From positions 4,092,001-4,156,000 of the forward strand of contig OX597830.1 in the NCBI GenBank assembly GCA_951406725.2: a stretch of DNA of 64,000 nt, in the 5' to 3' direction. The stretch comes from Octopus vulgaris (taxonomy: Eukaryota). The notes under the pieces are model-generated. The model saw only the letters and a program-made list of their open reading frames with translations, ran no database searches and had not been told where the DNA came from. This document shows, piece after piece, positions 26,936-40,028 of the stretch. The first letter of the stretch is position 1; each line of letters opens with the position of its first letter. Position numbers and translations under genes: made by a program.

Positions 26936-29230
26936 CACACTACACAACATTGACAAATACCTTTCTTCCAGCTTGAAGAATTTAATTAATTTAATATCTC
27001 TTCTCTATTTTAAATTTCGATCATCAGTACCCAAGCACCACCCCTTAACTACTAAATATGACTAGCATGTCGATCCTAATGGATTTTTGTTTTCATACAA
27101 TTCAACAGTAAGTGCTGCTCATACCATGGCTGCTCACTCAATCCTCAATTTAGTAAAATAAAAAAAATAACTGAGGCAAGTTTGGCTTTTAACCTGTTGC
27201 CTCCACTCTGGACCTCTTCACACATTGCATTCTTGGTATGAAATTCCTGCATGTATTTTGCTTAAATGTCAGCTTTAAGTAAATGTATTCAACAGAATCA
27301 ATTCTGTCATATATGCTTAGTAAAATCTTCCGATGCTAACTGCCATATTCTAAGAAATATTAATGTCAGAATAAAAATGTTTCTGAACAACAAAACTAGA
27401 AATTGATTTTGTCAAACAATCTGTGCAGTTATGTTTAGTGAGAGGGGAATAAAAGCATACTTAAAAATCCACAACTTATAGAATGTAAATAAAATATAAG
27501 GAAAGTTTTCTTTGTCCAGCTACAAATGTTCAAGTGCCAACAGCTGCAAATAATGTTGTTGTTATTTTCTTTACTTCTAACTCGCAATATCTGCATAAAT
27601 ATTTGACTGAAAAGAAAATTAAATGATTGAAATTGAACAACTCATGTTAAATATTGTATACAATCTGTTAATAAAAATTGTAGAAACACCTTCTTCCTCT
27701 CTTAAATCCTTTTAACTTGGATTCTTTTTCATTCCCACATAATGTATTAAGGTCCAATTTCTCTATTCAGCAAGTATGTACACTGTTCTTATAAAACTAA
27801 AATAACTTTGGTAAACTTTGTTTTGCATTTTGTTTTTTTTCTCTCTGCAAAATGAAAATTGCCAAACAGAAAAATTAAATATCGATCAAAGGACATTACT
27901 TTCTCTTTAAATATTGGCAAATTTATGTATTTCTGCAAATTCATAATACTTTACAGCAACTGTCTTCTATTCTTGTTTTTAGATTCAGTTGCAGCTCGGT
28001 TTTTTAAACTGATCAACATCTCATGTTGAGTTTAGGGAATTCCAAGAAGGGGATTCTTCTATTCATAGAAACTTAGGTTTAAATGCTAAATTTTTTATTT
28101 ACTGACTGGAGACAGAAAGCCTCATGGTTAAAGGGTCGGGTCCATGATCATTAAGTAAAGAGTTGAATTCCTGGACATGATAGTATTTTGTCCTTCAGGA
28201 AGGTACTTCATTTTCCTTTGTTCTTGTCAACTCATGAGTACCAGGCAGGTGCTGTTTGAGCCTCCTATCCTTCCAGCTATCCTATCCTGGATGTTCCACT
28301 GAGTCAAGGATTGGGAGGCCAACAGGGTACCTGTGTCTATGCAAAGCTACAATAGCCATAGTTTTCTGTATTGAGTATTGTTTCAGTAAAAATAATCCAT
28401 ATTATAAATTGTCTTCATCAATTGTCTTGCTATATTCTTCAGATCAGTTATTTATTGGCAAATTTCATTCATCAAACATAATCTCCAGAAATTCTTACCT
28501 GAACCAGAATGGAAGAAAAGACACAGAAATATCCATCTTAGTTTTTACAATGTTACACACACTCAGGTTTCTCAACATAAGTATACACACCAGTAATTAA
28601 CAGACATATTGACATATCTACACGTAAATAAAATTTGTGAAATAAATCCTTAATTTCTTGAAATGTTCTCTTTTCTTTGAGTTGTATTGAGAAATACCTC
28701 TAGGTTAAAGTTTTCTTTCACAGTTAAGCAGGCTGTTTCAGTTAATGCACAATATTGATATACATCATTTAATAGATCACCTCTTAATTCATTTATCAAC
28801 ATATTTACAATGAGTTTTATCTGTAATTGTAACACCACTCACAACTCTAGCCAGTCTGTTTACTGAATGGGCTCTTGAAGAATATGAGAGCTTGAAAGGA
28901 AGCAAAAAAAAAAAACAGCTCTGTGAATATATTGGAAACTATATTATAGTCTGTTAGCATCTTTATCAGGTGTGTGTTGTAAGGAAATATATTCACAATT
29001 ACGATTCTAATTTGTGTTGATATCTTCAGAAATGTAATATACTTATCTCTCAAAGAAGGAACTCAAAACCTGACAATTTGTTTATTGATTAGAGTCAAAT
29101 TCTGATAATAGAATCAATTAGATCAATTCTTTTACACCCAAGGAAAGAACTTGCTTATTGGTAAATTTACTGTTTAGTCTCTAGGATTAATCAGGAATCT
29201 TAACCTCGAAAAACACAAGCTTGTGTCAGC

Positions 29231-29458
29231 TTAACCCTTTAGGATTCAGATTACTCTGTCGAATTTAATCCTTATTCTTTCACATTGTTTTGAATTAATC
29301 ATGATTTATCTTGTAGCTTTGAGGTTTCGATGATGAAAGTGTACATTATTAGTATGACCTTGTAGGGTAGGTGTAAGAAGTCAAATCTGACCAATTTGAA
29401 CATCAAACAAGCAGAATATTTTGCCCTGACATTGTTTGCTTAAATGTCAAAAGGTTAA
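29231..29458 (+). mobile_element. piggyBac-like MITE family P1, TTAA at both ends
   Basis: TTAA-ccctttag at 29231 and caaaagg-TTAA ending 29458. Confidence 0.72.
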
Positions 29459-30364
29459 AAAGAGATTTCACTTTATAATATTAAATGTATTCTTACACTA
29501 TTATACATATATTTACAATATTATATGTAAATCCCAGGTATACAACATGCATATTTATAATTTTACATGTATATTATATGTATACGATATGTATATTTAT
29601 AATATCATATGCATATGAGTTGTATATTTATTATATTTCATGCATATATATATATAATGTTTATAGAAGAAAAATAATTCCAGTGAGTTGATTTGCTGTG
29701 AGGAATAAAAAAACAACTAATGTTTTCGATTATTTTCATTTTTGAAGAGAGAAAGAATGTAGAAGCTATGGCAGTGAACCTTTCCACAATTATGGCATCA
29801 ACTGCTGTATTTGTTTTCAAAGAAAGACAAGTGCTTGAAACATTGCAGCTTTTTTATATTTCTCACAATAAATCAATTCAATGTAATTCAGTTATTTCTT
29901 CAATGAATTTATAATGTAGGAACTTTTCCTGAGGTTCAACACTTGTCATTTTTTAAATTCCAGATGTTATCCTCTAACAGTATATGGCTGTGCTCCAGTA
30001 TGAACACAGCCAACTAGTTGAAGCCACTGACAAGATGAGAGTGTGTGTGTGTGTGTAATCTCGTACTGCCTCAATGGTAGTGGCACTGTTAATGTGTTCC
30101 ATATCCATGTATTGTTGGAAACCCCATTGTGAGACGCATCTTATGTATTCTAAATCCCTCCCTGACTCATTACAAATGTCAGAAACAAAAACAAAGGAAA
30201 GAATGAATTTCTTTTGGTTATTTTCTATTTGTCTAAACATACAATTAGATGTAAGCTTTATTTTTTAGAGAAATATTTGGATAACATAGTCTGGGCTAAT
30301 GTATCTTATATCTCTTCATACATGTCATTGTAACATCAAAATAAATTTAACAAGATTAGTTGAA

Positions 30365-30813
30365 CTCTTTACTCTCTTTTACTCATTTATTTGTTTCAGT
30401 CATTTGACTGCGGCCATGCTGGAGCACCGCCTTTTTAGTCGAGCAAATCGACCCCGGGACTTATTCTTTATAAGCCCAGTACTTATTCTATCGGTCTCTT
30501 TTGTTGAACCGCTAAGTGACGGGGACGTAAACACACCAGCTTCGGTTGTCAAGCAATGCTACGGGGACAAACACAGACACACAAACACACACACATACAT
30601 ATATATATATATACATATATATATATACATATATATATATATACATATATATACGACAGGCTTCTTTCAGTTTCCGTCTACCAAATCCACTCACAAGGCA
30701 TTGGTCGGCCTGAGGCTATAGCAGAAGACACTTGCCCAAGATGCCATGCAGTGGGACAGAACCCAGAATCATGTGGTTGGTTAGCAAGCTACTTACCACA
30801 CAGCCACTCCTGC
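30365..30813 (-). mobile_element. SINE family A, full length, young
   Basis: Close to 49269 and 53907 copies; CpGs retained. Confidence 0.92.
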
Positions 30814-31179
30814 TTCTTTCTATGTTTGGATTTGGGGGAATAGTTTTTTTTGCTAAGACCTTCCATTCGATGTATTATAAATTCGTTTGCAGTTGTTTCT
30901 TCCTTAAGATTTACATTTAAATTTTCTTCTTCGCCTCCATAGGCAAGTTTAACCTCCATTTTCAAGTATTTCATCATCAGTATTCCTTGAATGAGAATCA
31001 CTTCCCTTATGGATGTCAATGGTGTTGAACGTTTCAAACCCTGGTCTTCTACCATTTTGAATGATACCTTCTGCAGTTGTTTCTGATCATTGATTCAAAA
31101 CCAGAAAAGTCAGTTACAAAATGCAGTAAAACATATTGCTGATTCCCAGCATGTGTAGCTGCTAGCATCATCTTAAGGC

Positions 31180-31780
31180 CACGAAACACCTATGTTTATA
31201 ATAGCATCTCTGATCATATACATTTTCCGTGTCAAATAATCTTTTACATATTTGTACCTTTCTTGAGATTTCTCTTTTTCTGCCAAAATGTTTGTATAAG
31301 CATTTATTTCCAGACCAATCCATTTCTATCAGCATTAAAAATCTGTTATTCTTTGCATCCATCTTCTTCAATAATCTTTTTTGATTCATCAGGAAATTTC
31401 TCAGCAGGGGTTTTGCCTCCATTTGCAATTTCACCAGAAATCTTTTTTTTCTATACTTTGTTCTTAATGTACTTCTGAACATTCTTTAAAATAATATCCT
31501 TGACTTGTTTTCAATTCCTCATTCGTTTCTCATTCTTTGTTTTCTGTTAGCTTATAAAGATTGTGATAGCTTGAAGGATTGCCTGAATGCAGTTCCTTTG
31601 TAATTTCAGTCTTTAATCCACAATAATAAAAGACATTCCTTGTTAGAAATTAAAGGGCTTTTTATGTTTGTTGGTTGCTTTTCACATTTATGCTCCCATG
31701 GCCATATCTTGCTATTTCTATTCATCTTTCTTTTTCAACATGGTCCTTTCAAATGATTCATATATTCTGCTACTGCTTGA
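31180..31780 (-). mobile_element. pogo/Tigger transposase relic
   Basis: Minus frame ISGEIANGGKTPAEKFPDES...IIEEDGC...QIFNADRNGLVWK resembles Tigger GEAASAD...QIFNADETGLFWK. Confidence 0.75.
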
Positions 31781-32101
31781 AATTTTTGTGAACAATTCAC
31801 CGTATTCACATGATTTAATAATTTCCAGTTTTTTTTCACAAATTTTAATCATCAGAATCACTTGGATGATAATTCATTTGCATCACTGTCCTTAAGTTTT
31901 TGATTCATAATTGAATAAATAGAAGCAGTTGTATACAACAAATAAATAAAAGTTTGCTGTAAGTTTTTGAGCAATTCTGAATTTTTTTTCTTGTGGCTTG
32001 AGGGATCAATCATCTGGTGAATGTTGGGGCAGGAAACTTGATCTACAAAAAAGGAATTCCATGTTTGTGTGAAAGTATGCATACAGGTATGCATGCATTA
32101 A

Positions 32102-32331
32102 GGCGCTGAGCTGGCAGAAACGTTAGCACACCGGGCGAAATGCTTAACAGTATTTCGTCTGCACCTACGAGCTGAGTTTAAATTCTGCCGAGGTCGACTT
32201 TGCCTTTCATCCTTTCAGGGTCGATTAAATAGGTACCAGTTACACACTGGGGTTGATATAATCGACTTAATCCATTTGTCTGTCCTTGTTTGTCCACTCT
32301 GTATATAGCCCCTTGTGGGTAATAAAGAAAT
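32102..32331 (+). mobile_element. SINE family B, full length
   Basis: ggcgctgagctggcagaaacgttagc ... ccccttgtgggtaataaagaaat. Confidence 0.92.
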
Positions 32332-34755
32332 AGGTACGGATGTAATGCGTGTATGCATGTATTCATACATGTGTACGTAGTGTATGTATGTATATGTGTT
32401 CATACATGCTCCTGTGGATGTGTAGTATGGTGACAATGTGTGCTATGCATTGTCACATTGATTAATGGTCCCCATAACTTTTGTTACGTTTAGAATACGC
32501 ATTTATGGATGTGAAATGGAGAGTTTATATTCAATGGCAATGAATTTAGCTGATAATGAGTTTAATAATTGCCTCTACAATTAGTAATCTCTCATTTCTT
32601 CCTGTATCACATGTAAACTTGTTTGTCATTGAGAAAAACATCATCAAATTTGATAGCAGCCCTTATCAATTAATTTAAAAATAAACAGCAAACTTTAGTG
32701 CCGAATACATTTTCTCCTCTTGTTATCTCAAGTAGTATCTCATTATTACAGTCGTTTTTTACATCTGTTTTCTAATTTGTCATGGGTTGCATGAGTCAGC
32801 AATACAGCAAATCACAAATTCACTTGAGTCTTCATCATACCTTCATTGATGAGACACAACATTTTCAGCTCTGACCCCATCACTCCTTCCCAACATCTTC
32901 TTCAAGCAGAAGCATCTTCCATTGTCAGTGCACAGCACGGATTCTTTTCTTTTTTGTTTTTCCTTTCAGAGTTTTCTCTAATCAAATGGTTGTAGAATAT
33001 TAAAACCTGATCATCTCAGGTTTTTCTCTTCTGCACAAAAATTGGTATTTAAGATTGCTGTGTTGCATCATCAAAAGCTGAACTTGGAATAATAATTAAA
33101 GAAAATTAAAAAGTTGATCATAATAGTAATTAATGAATTCTATTCAAAAAACTTCCTACATTCAAAATTATCAATTCATAGTCTGATGTCTTAAAAGTAA
33201 ATATCTATGACCTAGATATATCTACAGTATCTAAAGTATTGTAGTTGCAATTACATTTTAAGTAATTGTAGTTTATTGTATCCATTCATTTGATATTCAA
33301 AAGGTTTAAAAGTAATTTACTCTTTGATATATATATATACAAACACACACATATTTAGAAATACGTACTTTGAATTTTGGCTTTTAGAAGTGATCGCTTA
33401 TAAGAAATAATATTTTGTTTATTTTTGAAAGAAAATGCTAAGACCGATTTGATTTTAGTAAAGATATTCCTATCTTCGAAAACATTTGTACCAGATGAAC
33501 CATAAGATGCATTATAGCTAAAAGCTTTCATTCCACACAGTGACTTGTGAATATTTAATCTTTTATATGCACACTACAGGATTCCAGGAACAAAATAAAA
33601 ATAAGAGTTAAAAAGACAACAGAAAAAACTGAATTTCAATGAACATTTTTAATAAAATAAGATTTAATATAAGAATTGGGGTTGGGTATAAGATTAAGTG
33701 AATACCCTGAATGGAATCTCTTTTAAAATTGGTAACTAACATAAAAGAAAACTCTCTTGAGAAAAAAACAAAAAAAAAACCCAGATTATTTCTCTATGAA
33801 TAGCCATACTTGTAATATTGTAATTCTTGGAAAAGAAAGAGAAGCAGTATATTTCTTTGAGAATATCAGCAATGAGAATTGTAGTAACAGTACAGAAAAA
33901 AGAAACAGCTAGTTCAAAATTCTGTTAACATGCTTTTGAAAAAAATTCCTTGGTGGGTAATGAAACTGTGAAGGGAGACGAAAATAATCTCTCTTGCTCA
34001 ATCCAAAAGTCTTTTAGTAGGAAATTGAGAGTTTTTCATATTTTTTTTATATTGGAAATTCTACTGAGTATTATTAGAGGCTTCACATGGAGAGAATTTG
34101 TGACTGAGTCCTTTGGTGTGGCTATACATACACACACAGATGCATAATTATGAATGCACACACAAACAAATGCACAAATGCAAGCACATGCACACATGCT
34201 GCTTTTATTCTATCTTCTTTATTTAAGTTCTTTGTAATGTTATGACATAATATTTGGGACAAGAATTGATAAACCAAATTAATCCATGATGTCAAATAAG
34301 AGATGAAAGTGTATCTTTTAAGGATTCCATACTAGAAACTAAAAGTCTTGACAACATTACGAAGAATTGATGCCCATTCCCATTACATTTGTGATGTGTC
34401 TTAAAATCGAGTCAGCTGTTGCTCAGCTTGTGGTTGCTGCTTAGATCTTCTTATTTCTTCATAAAACTAGAAGAAGTAGTGTATATCATATGTTGTCGTC
34501 TCCTGAGTGTGAAAGGTTGCTAAGAAATGCAAAACAGTAAGGTCTGCATCACAGAGATAAAATAATGTTAAAAATTAAAGAAAAGGTTTAATGTGGTGGC
34601 CAGTGGGACTGAGGAATTACCAGACAAAATGCCTTGTGGTATTTAGTGAAAGCCTTGTTAGACACTCGCTGGAGTCAATTTTGTTTTTCATCTTTTCTAG
34701 TTTCAATAAAATAAGCCTAAATGAAGTCCTGGGTCAAAACAATCAGTTATGTGTC

Positions 34756-34998
34756 ATCATCATCATGATCTTCGTTTAATGTCTGCTTTCCATGCTGACA
34801 TGGATTGGACGGTTTGACTGAGAACTGGCAAACCAGGAGGCTGCACCAGGCTCCAATCTGATCTGGCAGTGTTTCTACAGCTGGATGCCCTTCCTAATGC
34901 TGACGATCTGAGAGTGTAGTGGCTGCTTTTTACGTGCCACTGACACGGGGGCCAGCTATGTGGTACTGGCATCAACCATGCTCAAAAGGTGCTTTTTA
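34756..34998 (-). mobile_element. RTE 3' UTR copy
   Basis: Same tail family as 1511-1695. Confidence 0.87.
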
Positions 34999-36031
34999 CA
35001 TCCCATTCCATTCTCAAATTCCTTGTTTTGGACGGGTTTCACAATGATATTCCCTTGCGTGATTATTTCCTTGGATCTTTGCATTACTGTTGTTCCATCT
35101 TCATAGAATTTTATGTCTGATTTGCATAAAAGAACACAGGTAGAGTGGTGCCTTTGAAGAGATTGGTACACTGTTTTGAATGAAGAACAAAAAAACGAAT
35201 TCCTATAGATCAGCTATTTTTGTTAGTGAGAGGAGCATCACAGCTTAACTGGAGGGATTAAAGAATAAAAAAAATATTACTTGAAGAAGGAGAGGAGTGG
35301 TATGATTAAAATATTTAATATTGGAAATTGTTGAAGACTGCAAGACAATGAAAATGTGATATTGAGTTTTGAAAGACTTATTATTTTGGTTTGCTTTATT
35401 CTTTCCATTTGCATAACGGATTAATGACACTATTGATCTACTTGATAATATACTCATGAAATCCAGTTTTAGAAACTTACAAAAAACTTCATATAATTTC
35501 CCATAGCAACATAACGGCATTATGTAGTAAGACAGAATGCAATAAAATATATATTTTAGATATTTAAATTTATTTGAATTATGTTATATAACAATATTAG
35601 TCTTGTAGGGAAATTGAAAATAATGCAAAAGGAAATAAGCCAAAAAAAAATAAGTGACGAAACAGAGAACAACTGACCTCTCAGTAGAGTTTATGTGTTT
35701 TTGTTGTTTTTTGTTATTTTTTTGTTTTTGTTTTTACTGCTAGAACTAAGACCAGATGTTTTTGACATGAGTCTCTATTTCTTTCAATTACTTATCTTTG
35801 GCTCTCAAACAACAAAAAATGGAATAAAGGAATTTATGATTGTCATTATTTCAAATACAGCTGGCAGCATATTTTCCATTAGGGGATTATTGCAGGGAAT
35901 ACAGACATATTACATGGATAGTAGTATTAGCCTCAGTAACAGCATGAGTAGTAGTAGTAGTAAGAGAAGAAAAGTAACCAAGAGAGATTAACTCAGTTTA
36001 CCTTCTCACTAATAAACTAGAAAAGTATCAT

Positions 36032-36078
<47 letters not shown>

Positions 36079-36184
36079 GTGTGTGTATTGTATATAAAGT
36101 ATATATGTAATATATAATATTTATTATATGTAGTTTTATAACAGATACTTAGTGTATATAAAATGTATATATTATTTCCACCTA

Positions 36185-36592
36185 GGTGCAGGTATGGCTG
36201 TGGGGTAAGAGGTTTACTCCTCCACCACATGGTTCCAGGTTCAGTCCCACTATATGGCACCTTGGGCTAGTGTCTTCTATAGTAGACTTGGGCTGACCAA
36301 TGCCTTATAGGTGGATTTGTTAGACAGGAACTGAAAGAAGCCAGTTATATACGTAGGCATGTCTTTGTGTCTGTGCTTGTTCCCTACCACTGCTTGAAAA
36401 CTGGTGTTGGTGTGTTTACATCTCCATGACTTAGCAAATCGGCAAAAGATCCTCATAGAATAAATACCAAACTTCAAAATAAACAAATGAACAAAATAAT
36501 AAGTACTGGGGCCGATTCGTTAAACTAAAATTCTTCAAGGCAGTGCCCCAGCATGGCCACAGTATAATGACAGAAACAAGTAAAATAAAAGA
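36185..36592 (+). mobile_element. SINE family A (older subfamily)
   Basis: Head, CORE-like ggcaccttgggc, 3' gccccagcatggccacag...gaaacaagtaaaa. Confidence 0.85.
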
Positions 36593-36710
36593 ATATATAT
36601 ACGATATATGTATGATGTGCATATGGTATGCATATTACACACACACACACACATAACATGTGTATAACATTTATATATATGCGTGTGTATATATATATAT
36701 ATATATATAT

Positions 36711-36922
36711 ATTTCTTTATTTCCCACAAGGGGCTAAACATAGAGGGGACAAACAAGGACAGACAAAGGGATTAAATCGATTACATCGACCCCAGTGCGT
36801 AACTGGTACTTAATTTATCGACCCTGAAAGGATGAAAGGCAAAGTTGACCTCGGCGGAATTTTAACTCACAACGTAATGGCAGACGAAATACCACTAAGC
36901 ATTTCGCCCGACGTGCTAACGT
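36711..36922 (-). mobile_element. SINE family B
   Basis: Reverse complement of the 32102 copy, slightly 5'-truncated. Confidence 0.9.
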
Positions 36923-36990
36923 ACACATTTATATATGTATATATATATGTGTATCTGTATATGCATATATATATGTATATATATTTACAT

Positions 36991-37402
36991 AGACGTAGGA
37001 GTGGCTGTGTGGTAAGTAGCTTGCTTACCAGCCACATGGTTCTGTGTCCAGTCCCACTGCGTGACACCTTGGGCAAGTATCTTCTACTATAGCCTTGGGC
37101 TGACCAAAGCCTTGTGAGTGGATTTGGTAGATGGAAACTGAAAGAAACCCGTCGTATATATGGATATATATTTATATATTTATATATGTGTGTGTGTATA
37201 TGTTTGTGTGTCCCCTCAACATCGCTTGACAACCGATGCTGGTGTGTTTACATCCCTGTAACTTAGTGGTTCTGCGAAAGAGACCGATAGAATAATTACT
37301 AGGCTTCCAAGGAATAAGCTCTGGGGTTTATTTGCTTGACTAAAGGTGGAGCTCCATCATAGCCACAGTCAAATGACTGAAACAAGTAAAAGAGTAAAAG
37401 AG
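36991..37402 (+). mobile_element. SINE family A, full length
   Basis: As above; ends in (agtaaaag)2. Confidence 0.92.
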
Positions 37403-37425
37403 TATATGTATATATATATATATGC

Positions 37426-37496
<71 letters not shown>

Positions 37497-38667
37497 CATA
37501 TGCACACGCACACACACACATATATATATATAGAAAGAGAGAAGAGAAAGGAGAAAGGTGGGAGGGAACTTTTTCCACTTTAGATCGAAGGCCATCAGTT
37601 CTTGAGAGAATCATTTCATTTTTTTTTGTCATTTGCTGAAATTCAAAATAAACATCATTCCAATGCATCTTCGATACTTCTGCTTGACCAAAGTAATACA
37701 ATGAGTCAGTTATTAGAACTCACTTTAGTTATATCTTACTGTAAATCAGCAGATCGGTACCAAGTATAATACCAAAATATTTCTATTTAAATATTGTCTG
37801 CAATAAAGAAGCTCTTTCTTCAAATAGCTTTGAGGGTACCAAAAGATGTCAACTCTGTGAGTGTTCTTACTTGGGGAAGGAAGTATTAATTGATGTGGGT
37901 GTGTGTGCACTGATTTATCATATACATTCATGTCATCTGAGTGGGATATGCATTGCTGAGACAGTTTAATAAGCATGAATTTTGTACATTGCTTTCAAAA
38001 GCCAACTTTGAGCATTAAATCCACTCTAATTGGCATTGTATGCATTGTCCAAAAACATTTATCAGCTTGTCTTATTTGATTTATCTCCCTTGCTTATTGT
38101 TTTTAGAGGGAGTATTTAACAACTAATTGGTTGAAAATGTCAGTTGATCAAAGCTTGTGAATTGATTTCATCATTACAAGTTAAAACCCTTCAGTATTTG
38201 TGTTTAGTATACAGAACGCTGTCCCAAGCAATTTTCCACAGCCATATTGTTGTCGTAACATACGGAACATTCACAATAAACAACCAGACTTATAAACCAC
38301 ATCCTCCAGAACCAATAAATAAATCCAAAAGAAAGCTTTTTCGTGAAGATAATCAATTGTGTGTCCTATGCAATGATATCTATTTCTTTTTTCTATTTCA
38401 AACTTGCTTCTATAAATATCTTTACAATATAAGCATTGATATGACAGACTGTATAACGGTGGAATATATATACATATTCTCTGTGGTAACTGCCGGACTA
38501 TTTTTGGTGATCTAATTTGAAGAAAAAGAATTACTTTTCCTCCACAAACAATTTCAAGCTTTTCCTTTAATTACCTTACTGACGGTAGAAACCCTCTGGG
38601 GGGCATTGGGGTATATACATCAGCACAACATTCTGTCTGGTTGTGAACATTGTCTCTGTATGTAGGT

Positions 38668-38718
<51 letters not shown>

Positions 38719-39879
38719 TACATACACATACATTCAATACATATATGTATATTTATAAATACACACAACACTCACACAAACGTGTACATATTTCATGCAT
38801 GCATACATATGTATGTATGTGTGTATGTATATATGTATGTATGTGAGGAGTTATCAAAAGCAATGAAACTGCCAAAACAGGAGCATTAATGTATCGTTAG
38901 TCAGAGAATAAATTAGTAAATAAGGGAAGATGGCTCGTTTTGTGCTCTGGCGACAATAGGAGGAAAGTAATGTTGGGAAACGAGAAGTTTATGTGATGGT
39001 ATGGATGGTGATGGCAATATCTTCTATGCTTATAATGTAAGAGAAAATAAAGAAGAGAGGGAAAGTGATGATGGTTGTACCGAATATGGTGGTGGCACCA
39101 ACAATGGTTCTTAATAAGTGGCTGTGGAGCAGAAGATGAATGAGTTAGTTATGAAGGCTAGTGTGATGATGATGATGATGATGATGATGTATTTATTGCA
39201 CTAAAAGTAATGAAACAATGTGTGTGTATGAGTGAGTGTGTTGATTATGCATGTGTAAGTGTATGTTTGTGTGCATATAGGTGAATGTGTGCTTGTACGT
39301 TTGCTTGTGTGTATGAGTAGATAAAATTTGTTCACCATCATCAAAATTCTATGCCTGTTTATCCGGTTCAGCCTGGGTTCAATGGGTCACATTCATCCTC
39401 GGCCACAACAAAGGATACAGGCCAGTAGCAACATGATGCAGAAGTTAGTGTATAGAATGGGTGTGTTTCATCATACCACGGGCACCAGACAGCTTGTCCC
39501 ACGTGAGGAGGAGGACTAAAGAATTTTTTTCTATTCTAATAACAATCCTTATTTGCAGTTAATTCCATTCTTGACTGGCAGCCTACAATGGAGCTAGTAA
39601 ATTCTTATATCTCATATGGTGTGGTATGGCTGGATATCCTTCTCACTAATCTTAGAGAGTGTGTTTGATGTATTTTATTGTGCTGTTATCGCTAGGGATG
39701 TTGTTTTTAGATGGGGAAGACTGAAGAGTCCTTATTGTCATGTTACAGTTCAGTTGTTTATCCCTCCACTGTATGTAGCTTGGGCTATTAAATGCCCATT
39801 TTAGTGCATTTAAGAAACATGCATATTGCCATTAAAATATACATGCACACACACACAAATATTCTCTGTATATACAGCA

Positions 39880-40028
39880 GAGTGGTTGGCATTAGGAATG
39901 GTATCCAGCTGTAGAAACTGTGCTGAAGCACACATTGTAGCATGACACAGTCTTTGGACCCATTAATTTCATCAAACTGTCCAACCCATGCCAGCATGGG
40001 AATAAGATGTAAAACTGAGGAGGATGAT
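39880..40028 (+). mobile_element. RTE 3' end fragment
   Basis: gagtggttggcattaggaatggtatccagctgtagaaac...ccaacccatgccagcatgg. Confidence 0.78.
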
